Assembly (NCBI GenBank): GCA_963740355.1 | Contig: CAVUDW010000002.1 | Coordinates: forward strand, 2,240,001 to 2,304,000 | Reading direction: 5' to 3' | Length of the DNA stretch: 64,000 nt | DNA from: an uncultured Gemmatimonadaceae bacterium | GTDB taxonomy: Bacteria; Gemmatimonadota; Gemmatimonadetes; Gemmatimonadales; Gemmatimonadaceae | The notes under the pieces: model-generated | Databases searched by the model: none | Told to the model about the DNA's origin: nothing | Seen by the model: only the letters and a program-made list of their open reading frames with translations | Shown: positions 10,268-18,874 of the stretch, piece by piece | Layout: each line of letters begins with the position of its first letter | Numbering within the stretch: the first letter of the stretch is position 1 | Program-made: the position numbers and the translations under genes

Positions 10268-10519
10268 TCAGGCCGTCGCAGCAGCATTGACACGCTTGGC
10301 CATCCGGCTCTTCTGCCGGGCAGCGGCGTTCTTGTGGATCAAGCCCTTGCGGGCTGCACGATCGAGCAACGTGGTTGCCATACCACGAACCTCGGCCGAC
10401 GCGCCCTCGGCCTTGGCCTTCTTGAGGGCGGTGCGCAACGCGGAACGCTGCGCGCGATTACGTGCCTGTGCGGCACGCGACTTCCGCATGTTCTTCTTTG
10501 CGGAGGCGATATTCGGCAC
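10268..10519 (-). CDS. rpsT: 30S ribosomal protein S20
   Basis: 'MPNIASAKKNMR...IHKNAAARQKSR'; GTG start after a GGAG. Confidence 0.97.
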   Translation of the reverse strand: MPNIASAKKNMRKSRAAQARNRAQRSALRTALKKAKAEGASAEVRGMATTLLDRAARKGLIHKNAAARQKSRMAKRVNAAATA

Positions 10520-10574
10520 CGAAGACTCCAATTCAGAAAATGAACACGATTCGCCCGTGATGGGCGAACCGCGA

Positions 10575-10602
10575 AAGATAGGGCGTCGGATCAGGCTGTC
10601 AA
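10575..10602 (-). promoter_or_regulatory. rpsT promoter
   Basis: TTGACA-16 bp-TATCTT on the minus strand. Confidence 0.7.
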
Positions 10603-10616
10603 TCTCAGGCGCTGTC

Positions 10617-10645
10617 TTGGCCGTGGACCGAGCCTCTCTTAGCTT
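10617..10645 (+). promoter_or_regulatory. Putative scpA promoter
   Basis: TTGGCC-17 bp-TAGCTT. Confidence 0.5.
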
Positions 10646-10808
10646 GCCTTGCTGCGCCGGTACGCGCTTCCGGCCCCCCGCCGGGCTGGCCCGTGCCGCC
10701 GCCCTCCTGCCGCCCTGATCCGCTTCGCGTGCCTGCTGCCTCCCCATCCGTCCGACGTCTGCTCCCCTCGCGCACCGGTTCTCTGGTGGTGCCGACTGCG
10801 GTGCGCGC

Positions 10809-11735
10809 ATGACCGAGGAGACCGCAGCCGCTGACGAGGCCGCCCTCGACGCCGTGGAAACGGTCGTCGACGAGACGGTCCTCGAGGAAGCGGTCGTCGC
10901 GGAGACGGTCGTCGTGGAGCCGGTCGTCGAGGCAGAGGAAGCGGTCGCCGCACCCGATGTCGTGGCCGAGGCGCCATCGCGCCAGGCACCCTCGGCTGTG
11001 GCTGAGGCTGAACCCGAGCCCGTGGTGCCTGCCGGGTTCGTCGTCGATCTGCCAGCCTACAACGGGCCGCTCGACCTGCTCCTGTCGCTGATCCGCGACG
11101 AAAAGGTCGACATCTACGACATCCCGATCGCCCATATCGCGAAGCAGTTCCTGCTGCGGATCCGGGTGCTGCAGCTGAATGATGCGGCCGAGTATCTCGA
11201 GCTGGCCGCACGCCTGCTTCGCATCAAGGCGCAGATGCTGCTGCCGCGCCATGGCGAGACCGAGACGTGGGAAGATCCGCGCGCCGAATTGGTGCGTCGA
11301 CTGCTCGAGTATCAGCAGATGCGCGAAGTCGTCGACATTCTCGAGCGTCGCGGTGATGATCGCCGCAGCCGGTTTGCACGCGCCTACCTGCCTGAGTCCG
11401 GCGAGTCCGTGGCGGCACCGTTGGCGCTCTCGCTGGGCGAATTGCTGACGGCGATCGACCGCATTCTTCGTGTCACGAAGGAGCCGACGGTGCACACCGT
11501 CGTCGCTCGCACACTGGATGTCGCGGGCGCGATCTCAGCGGTCCGGAACATCATTGCCCAACGGCGCCATGCGCGCTGGGGTGAGTTGGTACCACGCGAC
11601 GCCGAGCCATGGCAGATCTTGTCCATGCTGCTCGCGTTGCTCGAGCTGGCAAAGCTCGGCGAGCTGCGGCTCGCCCAGCCACGCCCATTTGCATCTGTCG
11701 AGATTGAGCATGATTCCCCTGGTGAAGCTGCTTGA
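10809..11735 (+). CDS. scpA: Segregation and condensation protein A (kleisin) with acidic N-terminal extension
   Basis: 'YNGPLDLLLSLI...DIYDIPI', 'EDPRAELVRRLLEY', 'LALLEL'. Confidence 0.93.
   Translation: MTEETAAADEAALDAVETVVDETVLEEAVVAETVVVEPVVEAEEAVAAPDVVAEAPSRQAPSAVAEAEPEPVVPAGFVVDLPAYNGPLDLLLSLIRDEKVDIYDIPIAHIAKQFLLRIRVLQLNDAAEYLELAARLLRIKAQMLLPRHGETETWEDPRAELVRRLLEYQQMREVVDILERRGDDRRSRFARAYLPESGESVAAPLALSLGELLTAIDRILRVTKEPTVHTVVARTLDVAGAISAVRNIIAQRRHARWGELVPRDAEPWQILSMLLALLELAKLGELRLAQPRPFASVEIEHDSPGEAA
10857..10931 (+). repeat. Degenerate 15-nt (5-aa) tandem repeat in the scpA N-terminus
   Basis: ETVVD/ETVLE/EAVVA/ETVVV/EPVVE. Confidence 0.65.
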
Positions 11736-12252
11736 AGCGGCGCTCTTCGCGAGCCCACGACCGATCCCGGTCGAAGAGTTGAGCGCGCTGGCGCCAGAGG
11801 CGAGTCCGGCTGAAATCGCATCGGCATTGGACACACTGCGCGAGCACTACGACGTGGATGGTCACGGCGTCGAGCTGGCGGAAATCGGTGGCGGGTGGCA
11901 GATCCTGACTCGCGCTGAATACACCGAGGCGATCGAGCGTGCGCAGTTGGCCGCCCGGCCGCAGCGGCTTTCCGCCGCGGCGTTGGAGACCCTCGCGATC
12001 ATTGCCTATCGACAGCCGATCGGTCGCACGGAAGTGGAAGAGATTCGCGGCGTCGCCGTGGGTTCGATTCTCAAATCATTGCAGGAGCGCGCGCTGATCG
12101 ACGTCGTGGGAAGGGCCGAAGGCTTGGGACGACCGTTGCTCTATGGCACCACGCCACTGTTCCTCGAACAGTTCGCGTTGCGCCACCTCGAAGAACTTCC
12201 GCGCGCTGACGAACTGGCGATTGCGTTGCGGCCTGCGCCGCAGCCGCTGTGA
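11710..12252 (+). CDS. scpB: SMC-Scp complex subunit ScpB
   Basis: 'LEAALFAS', 'LSAAALETLAIIAYRQPI', 'GRPLLYGTT'. Confidence 0.96.
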   Translation: MIPLVKLLEAALFASPRPIPVEELSALAPEASPAEIASALDTLREHYDVDGHGVELAEIGGGWQILTRAEYTEAIERAQLAARPQRLSAAALETLAIIAYRQPIGRTEVEEIRGVAVGSILKSLQERALIDVVGRAEGLGRPLLYGTTPLFLEQFALRHLEELPRADELAIALRPAPQPL

Positions 12253-13202
12253 CCGCCCGTCCGCCGCGACGCACCGGCACGGGCGGCAAGCCGGCGCCGA
12301 AGCCGCGCGGGGTGAAGCCCCCCGAGCGACCCGCCGCCAAAGGCACGCGCACGCCGCTCGGCCCCGACGCACGAGATCCGCGCAAGCGCAGCCCCCGCAA
12401 GAAGCCGGGCCCCGGCGGCGCAGGACCGCGGCCCGAGGCGCCGCTGGCACCGACGGTGGTCAAGACGCCGAAGGACGCTCGCGAAACGATGCGCCTCCAG
12501 CGTTTCCTCGCTCGTGCCGGTGTCACATCGCGCCGACAGGCCGAGACGCTCATCACCAATGGACAGGTCACCGTCAACGGCACGGTCGCCACGCTCGGTT
12601 CGAGCGTCGATCCGATGCAGGATGTCGTGCTGGTCGACGGGCAGCGCGTGAAGATGTCCGAGACGGTCACCTGGCTGGTGCTCAACAAGCCCGCCGGTGT
12701 CGTCACGACGCGCACCGACCCCGAAGGCCGCGAGACGGTCTTTGACCTCGTGCCGAACGTCGCCGGACTCACCTACGTCGGTCGACTGGACTACATGACG
12801 GACGGCGTCCTGGTCATGACCAGTGACGGACGCGCTGCGCACCTGCTGACACATCCCAGCCGTGAAGTGTCACGAAGCTATGAGGCGGTGGTGCAGGGGC
12901 CGGCCATGGAGGCGCTCGACCAGTTGCAGGCCGGTGTGGAACTTGAGGAAGGCCTGGTGCTAGTAGATGCAGCCCACGTGGATAAGCTCGGCCGCAGCAA
13001 GTGGTTGCTCTCGCTGACTTTGCATGAGGGACGAAACAGGGAGGTCCGTCGTCTCTGTGAGGCGGTCGGGCTCTCGGTCGACAAGCTGACGCGGGTCAAG
13101 TTTGGGCCGGTCAGCCTTGGCGACCTGGCGCCGGGCAAGTGGCGCCCGTTGACGCAGACCGAGTTGCGCGGGTTGGCGATTCGGGGTGGCGGGCGAGAGT
13201 AA
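12249..13202 (+). CDS. rluB: 23S rRNA pseudouridine synthase (RsuA/RluB family) with basic N-terminal extension
   Basis: S4 domain 'RLQRFLARAGVTSRR', 'VGRLD', 'EGRNREVRR'; follows scpAB. Confidence 0.85.
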   Translation: MTARPPRRTGTGGKPAPKPRGVKPPERPAAKGTRTPLGPDARDPRKRSPRKKPGPGGAGPRPEAPLAPTVVKTPKDARETMRLQRFLARAGVTSRRQAETLITNGQVTVNGTVATLGSSVDPMQDVVLVDGQRVKMSETVTWLVLNKPAGVVTTRTDPEGRETVFDLVPNVAGLTYVGRLDYMTDGVLVMTSDGRAAHLLTHPSREVSRSYEAVVQGPAMEALDQLQAGVELEEGLVLVDAAHVDKLGRSKWLLSLTLHEGRNREVRRLCEAVGLSVDKLTRVKFGPVSLGDLAPGKWRPLTQTELRGLAIRGGGRE

Positions 13203-13253
13203 GCTCAGGGACGGTCAGGTCGGGACATCACTCTCAGGCTGGAGAACGTGCGA

Positions 13254-14238
13254 ATGACGGCGGTGCCACTTCCCGCAACGGCCCCAACCGGGATCGCGGC
13301 GGTGCAGGCAATTTTGACACAGGTGGCACGGCGAGTCGTGGGGCAGGACGCGATGGTCGAGCGTCTGCTGATCGGCCTGCTCACTGGCGGCCATGTCTTG
13401 CTCGAGGGCGTGCCGGGGCTGGCCAAGACGCTCACCGTGCGCACGCTGGCCGAAACGATTCACACCACCTTCCGTCGCATTCAGTTCACGCCGGACCTGC
13501 TGCCTGCCGACGTCGTCGGTACGCAGATCTTCGATCAGGCGTCCGGTGAATTTCGCACCAAGCGTGGGCCGATCTTCGCCAACATCGTCCTCGCCGACGA
13601 AATCAACCGCGCGCCGGCCAAGGTGCAGGCTGCGCTGCTCGAGGCGATGCAGGAGCGGCAGGTGACGATCGGCGGCACGACCTATCCGCTGGCCGAACCA
13701 TTCCTCGTGCTCGCCACGCAGAACCCGATCGAGCAGGAAGGGACGTACCCGCTGCCCGAAGCGCAGGTCGATCGCTTCATGCTCAAGCTGCGCGTCGAAT
13801 ATCCCACGCGTGCCGAGGAGAAGGAGATCATGCGCCGCATGTCGTCGGGCGACGAGATCCCGATCACGGTGGCGGCGTCGCCGCAAACGATTCTCGCCGC
13901 GCGCAAGGAAATTGCAGCGCTTCATCTCGACGAACGCATCATGGACTACATCGTCGAGCTGGTCCACGCCACACGCATTCCCGCCGAGGCGGGATTGGCC
14001 GGCTTGGCGCCGTTGATCGAATACGGCGCATCGCCGCGTGCCACGATCGCGCTGGCACAGGCCTCACGCGCGCATGCGTACCTTGCGCGGCCGAACCTTC
14101 GTGTTGCCTGACGACGTGAAGGCGATCGCGCCCGATGTGCTTCGCCACCGCGTGGTCACGACCTTCGAGGCCGAGGCGCAGAACATCACCAGCGACGAAA
14201 TCGTGCGTCGGATCCTGGCGGCGGTGGCCGCGCCGTGA
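13254..14238 (+). pseudogene. moxR: MoxR-family AAA+ ATPase, frameshifted near 14083 (real lesion or sequence error)
   Basis: 'GVPGLAKT', 'RIQFTPDLLPAD', 'DEINRAP', 'TQNPIEQEGTYPLPEAQ'. The conserved tail 'RGRTFVLPDDVK...LRHR' lies in another frame ending at 14238. Confidence 0.9.
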
Positions 14239-15197
14239 ATCTTCGCTGGCGCCGCTCCGCCCCTGCGGTGCGACCGCCGGAACCCGTCGCGGGCGCCGCA
14301 CTCGGCGCGCCGGCGCCGCTCGAGATCCTCGAGCAGGTGCGGCGCCTCGAACTGCGTATGCGCCGCCTCGTCAACTCGCGCTTCGCTGGTGAATACCGCT
14401 CCGTATACAAGGGGCAGGGCATGGAGTTCTCGGAGGTGCGAGAATACCAGCCCGGCGACGAAGTGCGCAGCATCGACTGGAACGTCACCGCGCGGCTGCA
14501 GAAGCCGTATGTGAAGCGCTACGTCGAGGAGCGCGAGCTGACGGTGTTGTTGCTCATCGACTGCTCGGCATCGTCGCATTTCGGCACGCGCGTTCGGTTC
14601 AAGGATGACGTCGCGCTCGAAGTCGCCGCCGTGCTCGGCCTGTCAGCACTGCGGAACAACGATCGGGTCGGCGTGGTGGCATTCACCGATCGCGTCGAGC
14701 ATGCCGTGCCACCACGGAAGGGACGGCGACACGGGATGCGACTGTTGCGCGACCTGCTCGCCTTGCGACCTGTCGGACGGAAGACCGATGTCGCATTGGC
14801 ATGTGAACAGGCGCAACGGCACCTCACACACCGGTCACTGGTGTTCGTGATCTCCGATTTTCGTGATCCGAATGCGGAAGCTGCACTGCGGCGACTGGCG
14901 GCCCGACACGAAGTGGTCGTCATCACCGTCGACGATCCCGTGGAGCGCCTGCTTCCAGCCGCGGGGATTCTCGTACTCGCTGATCCGGAAACCGGCGATC
15001 GTGTCGAGATCGACACTGGCGATGTGGCATTCCGTACGCGGTATGCCACCGCCGCGGCGTCCGCGGATGAGCAGCGCACATCGATGTTCGGACGCTGCGG
15101 CGTGACGGCAATCGCCCTGCGTACGGACGAAGGAATCGTCGAACCTTTGCTGGCATTCTTTCGACGGGCACGTCCCGGGAAGACGCGAAATGTGTAG
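14235..15197 (+). CDS. DUF58 domain protein (MoxR-associated, vWA-like)
   Basis: 'GQGMEFSEVREYQPGDEVRSIDWNVTAR', 'EEREL', 'ISDF'. Confidence 0.93.
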   Translation: MNLRWRRSAPAVRPPEPVAGAALGAPAPLEILEQVRRLELRMRRLVNSRFAGEYRSVYKGQGMEFSEVREYQPGDEVRSIDWNVTARLQKPYVKRYVEERELTVLLLIDCSASSHFGTRVRFKDDVALEVAAVLGLSALRNNDRVGVVAFTDRVEHAVPPRKGRRHGMRLLRDLLALRPVGRKTDVALACEQAQRHLTHRSLVFVISDFRDPNAEAALRRLAARHEVVVITVDDPVERLLPAAGILVLADPETGDRVEIDTGDVAFRTRYATAAASADEQRTSMFGRCGVTAIALRTDEGIVEPLLAFFRRARPGKTRNV

Positions 15198-16179
15198 CGC
15201 CCCGATGCGCACCATGCGCCGCGTCGTCGCGCGACACGAACGCCGCGCGCGGACCCTGAGGCGTGGCGCACTGCTCGCGTACGCGCTTGCCGTTTGCGCC
15301 TCACGTTCAGCGGCGCAGGCCGCGCCGGATACGGCGTCGGGGAAGGTCACCTACCGCGTCCTGCCTGACACCGTCACCGTCGGCCAACCATTCGTGGTTT
15401 CACTGCGCGCGATACCGCCGCGTGGCCGTCAGGCCATCGCGCCGGCCGTGCCGGATACTGGCGGCCTGGTGGAGCCTCTCGATCCGGCCAACGTCACTCG
15501 CCGTGCCGACACGCTGCTGGTGCGCTATCGCCTCATTGCGTGGCAACCTGGTGTGCTCACGGTGCCGTTCGGTCCCGTCGTGATGCGCCGCGATTCGAGC
15601 GAGCTGTCGGTGCCGGTGGATGTGCGTGTCGTGGTAGCCTCGGTATTGCCGGCCGACTCGTCAGCGCGAATCCCGAAGGACGCCCGGGCGTTGTTCCCGG
15701 TCGCCGCGCGCTGGTGGGAGAAGTGGTGGCAGTGGGCACTGGCCATTCTGCTCTTTCTCGCCGCCGTCTACCTCTTCGATCGGTGGCGCCGTCGCGAGCG
15801 CACGCCAGAAGTCGAAGTGGCATCACCACTTTCTCGGGCCGAGGAGGCCTTCGCGCGACTCGATGCGCGTCGCTTGCCCTCAGCAGGCGAGGGAGGCAGG
15901 CACGTGGCGCTGGCGGCGGAGATCGTGCGGCAGTACCTCGCTGACATCGAGCCGTCATTGGCACTGCCATTGACGAATGCCGAATTGTTGACGGCAGTGA
16001 AGCCGATCGAAGGCATGCCCGATCGCCAACTCCGTCAGCTGCTCGATCAAGTCGATGCGGTGCGCTTCAGCGGCGATCGCGTCGACCTGCAGACCGTGCA
16101 GCGCGTCAGCGGACTCGCTCGCGAGCTGGTGCGCGATGTGGATCGCGTGCGCTCTGCCATGAGCCAGCAGGCCGCCTGA
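15190..16179 (+). CDS. Bat-cluster membrane protein (Ig-like part, one TM helix, DUF4381-like tail)
   Basis: Signal peptide, 'TVGQPF', TM 'WWQWALAILLFLAAVYLF', 'DAVRFS'; sits between DUF58 and batA. Start uncertain. Confidence 0.75.
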   Translation: MCSAPMRTMRRVVARHERRARTLRRGALLAYALAVCASRSAAQAAPDTASGKVTYRVLPDTVTVGQPFVVSLRAIPPRGRQAIAPAVPDTGGLVEPLDPANVTRRADTLLVRYRLIAWQPGVLTVPFGPVVMRRDSSELSVPVDVRVVVASVLPADSSARIPKDARALFPVAARWWEKWWQWALAILLFLAAVYLFDRWRRRERTPEVEVASPLSRAEEAFARLDARRLPSAGEGGRHVALAAEIVRQYLADIEPSLALPLTNAELLTAVKPIEGMPDRQLRQLLDQVDAVRFSGDRVDLQTVQRVSGLARELVRDVDRVRSAMSQQAA

Positions 16180-17192
16180 TGATTGCCTCCGTGCTCGAAT
16201 GGTGGAGTGGGCTTGGCATCGCGATCGGTGTGCCGTGGGCGTTGGCTGCATTGCTGGTGCTGCCAATCGTCTGGTGGCTCCGTCGAAAGGCGGCCGTGGA
16301 CGCCATGCCATTTTCGGCGCTCGACATCGTGGTCAAGGCGACGCCGCGCCCGAGTCGGGTGCGGCGGTGGATGATGCGCCTTCGCCTGCTTGGGCTGATG
16401 GGCTGTGCGCTGGCTCTCGCGCATCCGTATGCCCGCGGCGGTGTCAGGCGTGAGACGCGCGATGGCATCGACATCATGCTGGCCTTCGATATCTCCAGCT
16501 CGATGCTGGCCGAAGATTTCCAGCCGCAGAACCGCCTCGAAGTGGCGCGTGCAAAGGTGAAGGAGTTCGTGAAGCTGCGCGAGTCGGATCGCATCGGCGT
16601 TGTGTCGTTTTCCGGCGAAGCGCTGACACAGGTGCCGCTGACGGCCGATCACCAGGTGGTGCTGGCGGCAATCGATCAACTGCAGCCCGGCCAGCTCGAG
16701 GACGGTACGGCGATCGGGACCGCGATCGCCACCGCGTCCAATCGACTGCGCGCGGCCGCCGGCAACTCACGTGTGCTGGTGCTGCTCACCGACGGCGTCA
16801 ACAATCGTGGGCAGGTCGACCCGCGTACCGCGGCACGGGCTGCGTCGGCCTTCGGCATCCGCATCTACGCCATTGGCGTGGGGACGGAAGGCATGGCGCC
16901 GGTGCCGGTTGGGCGCGGTCTGTTCGGCTTGCGATACGAAACGCAGCGGGTCGAGATCGATGACGCGTTGCTGACCGAAGTCGCGACTGCGACCGGGGGG
17001 CGCTATTTCCGCGCCAAGGACGCTGCGGGCCTCGAACGAATTACACGCGAGATCGACCGACTCGAGCGCACACCGACACTTGCCAAGCGCTCGTTGCCGC
17101 GGTCGGAATGGTACGTCGTTCCCGCGGCGATCGCGCTCGGTGCGCTGCTGCTTGAGGCCTGGGTGTTGCTGCGTCGAGGGCCCATCCCATGA
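16179..17192 (+). CDS. batA: vWA-domain protein, BatA-like
   Basis: Two N-terminal TM helices, MIDAS 'DISSSM', 'GTAIG', 'LTDG', 'TGGRYFRA'. Confidence 0.88.
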   Translation: MIASVLEWWSGLGIAIGVPWALAALLVLPIVWWLRRKAAVDAMPFSALDIVVKATPRPSRVRRWMMRLRLLGLMGCALALAHPYARGGVRRETRDGIDIMLAFDISSSMLAEDFQPQNRLEVARAKVKEFVKLRESDRIGVVSFSGEALTQVPLTADHQVVLAAIDQLQPGQLEDGTAIGTAIATASNRLRAAAGNSRVLVLLTDGVNNRGQVDPRTAARAASAFGIRIYAIGVGTEGMAPVPVGRGLFGLRYETQRVEIDDALLTEVATATGGRYFRAKDAAGLERITREIDRLERTPTLAKRSLPRSEWYVVPAAIALGALLLEAWVLLRRGPIP

Positions 17193-18874
17193 ACACGATG
17201 GTGATTCAGGGACTCGATCTTTTCTCGCGCGTCTGGATGCTGCCCATCGCGATCGTCTGCGCGGCGCTGGTGGCGTGGATCGGCTGGCGCATCGATGCGC
17301 GACGGCGCTCCCGACTGGCACAACTTGGTGACGTGCCGGTCCTCGAGCGGCTCGTCCCACGACGCTCGCGTGGCCTTCCGCCGCGTATTCGTGCAATCAT
17401 CCTCGGCACGGCGGCGCTCTGCCTTGGTGTCGGAATTGCCGGCCCACGGTGGGGTGAACGCGCGGAACGTCGCCGCGACCTCGGTGTCGACATCGCCTTG
17501 GTACTCGACGTCTCGGCCTCGATGCTGGCGACGGATGAGGGCGCGTCGCGGCTCGACCACATGAAGGCGGATGTCCGACGCCTGCTCGTCACGATGCCCG
17601 GCGCACGCGTGGCGCTGCTGGTCGTGGCGGGGCGCAGCTACATCCTGACACCGCTCACCGCTGACCACGATGCCCTCGGACTGTTCCTCGATGGGCTCGA
17701 CCCTGGCATGGTGAGCCAGGGCGGCACGGCGCTCGCCCAGGGACTCGCACAAGCAACGCAACTGCTCGGCGTGAGTCCGGAAGGTGGCGATCGCGCGGTG
17801 GTCGTGATGAGTGACGGCGAGACCTGGGACGATGAAGGCGCCATTGCGACTGCTGCGCAATCGGCGCGTGATGCACGCCTGGCGGTCGTCACGGTTGGAT
17901 ACGGAACGGCGGCTGGGGCGACGATCCCATTGGCCGGTGGAGACGTGAAGCGTGATGCTGATGGCAAGCCGGTCGTGACACGCGCCAGCGCGGAGACGCT
18001 GCAGGGCATCGCACGTGTTGCGGAAGGTGTATACGTGGATGGTCTCGCCGCTGACCGGCCCGGCCGCATTCGCGCGGCACTCCGCCGGCTGCGGCAGACG
18101 GAACGTGTCTACAACGCCGGCACGACACCCATCCAGCGCTATTCATACTTCCTCTGGCCTGCGTTCGTGCTGCTGTTGCTCGACGCACTGCTCGCGGAAC
18201 GAGGGCGCCGGCAGCCGCTCGTACCTGTGGCCAGCGTGTTGCTGGCGGTCGCCCTCTCCGTTCCGATGCCCGCGGTGGCGCAATCATCCGGCGCCGCAGA
18301 TCCGATCGCCCTCTTCAAGGATCGGCGTTTTGCCGACGCGGTTCAGACGCTGCGCCAGAGTATCGCCAGCGGCGACCGCACCCTTCGAACGCAATACAAT
18401 CTGGGCACCGCCTTGCTGGAAGCAGACTCGATCGGCCCTGCCACTGAGGTGCTCGATCGCGTCGTGACGATCGCGCCGGATGCAGAGTTGCGGTTTCGGG
18501 CGTTGTTCAATCTCGGACTCGCGAACCTTCGGAAGGCGCGCACCGCCAGCGCTGCCGAGGCCGGGCCGTACTTCGCGTCGGCGGTTGCGGCATACAAGCG
18601 GGCGCTCCGCACACGCACCGATGATCCTGACGCGAAGTGGAATCTCGAACTGGCCATTCGTGAGCAGCAGAAATCCGGTGGCGGAGGTGGTGGAGGGGGC
18701 GGTGGTCAGCAACCGCCACCGCCAACGCCGCCGCAAGGGAAGGGGCAACAGCAACTCGACAAGCAGCGCGCTGAAGCGGTGCTGAACAGCGCTGCGCGCG
18801 ATGAACGCGAGGTGCAAACGCGCCGCCAACGCGACGGTCAGCGTCGCGAGGCAGCGGCGGGGAAGGACTGGTGA
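17189..18874 (+). CDS. batB: vWA + TPR protein (BatB/BatC-like fusion)
   Basis: 'PRWG', 'DVSASM', 'SDGE', TPR motifs 'YNLG'/'FNLG', 'AKWNLELA', Gly/Gln/Pro linker, C-terminal 'KDW'. Confidence 0.82.
   Translation: MNTMVIQGLDLFSRVWMLPIAIVCAALVAWIGWRIDARRRSRLAQLGDVPVLERLVPRRSRGLPPRIRAIILGTAALCLGVGIAGPRWGERAERRRDLGVDIALVLDVSASMLATDEGASRLDHMKADVRRLLVTMPGARVALLVVAGRSYILTPLTADHDALGLFLDGLDPGMVSQGGTALAQGLAQATQLLGVSPEGGDRAVVVMSDGETWDDEGAIATAAQSARDARLAVVTVGYGTAAGATIPLAGGDVKRDADGKPVVTRASAETLQGIARVAEGVYVDGLAADRPGRIRAALRRLRQTERVYNAGTTPIQRYSYFLWPAFVLLLLDALLAERGRRQPLVPVASVLLAVALSVPMPAVAQSSGAADPIALFKDRRFADAVQTLRQSIASGDRTLRTQYNLGTALLEADSIGPATEVLDRVVTIAPDAELRFRALFNLGLANLRKARTASAAEAGPYFASAVAAYKRALRTRTDDPDAKWNLELAIREQQKSGGGGGGGGGGQQPPPPTPPQGKGQQQLDKQRAEAVLNSAARDEREVQTRRQRDGQRREAAAGKDW

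Noticed and set aside
13203..13247. CTCAGG / CTCTCAGG resembling a glycine riboswitch 3' motif
   Set aside because: The gap is only about 45 nt, the other aptamer motifs are missing, and the gene context is unrelated.
18676..18735. Poly-Gly/Pro tract as a contingency repeat
   Set aside because: Mixed codons; an ordinary low-complexity linker typical of BatC-like tails.
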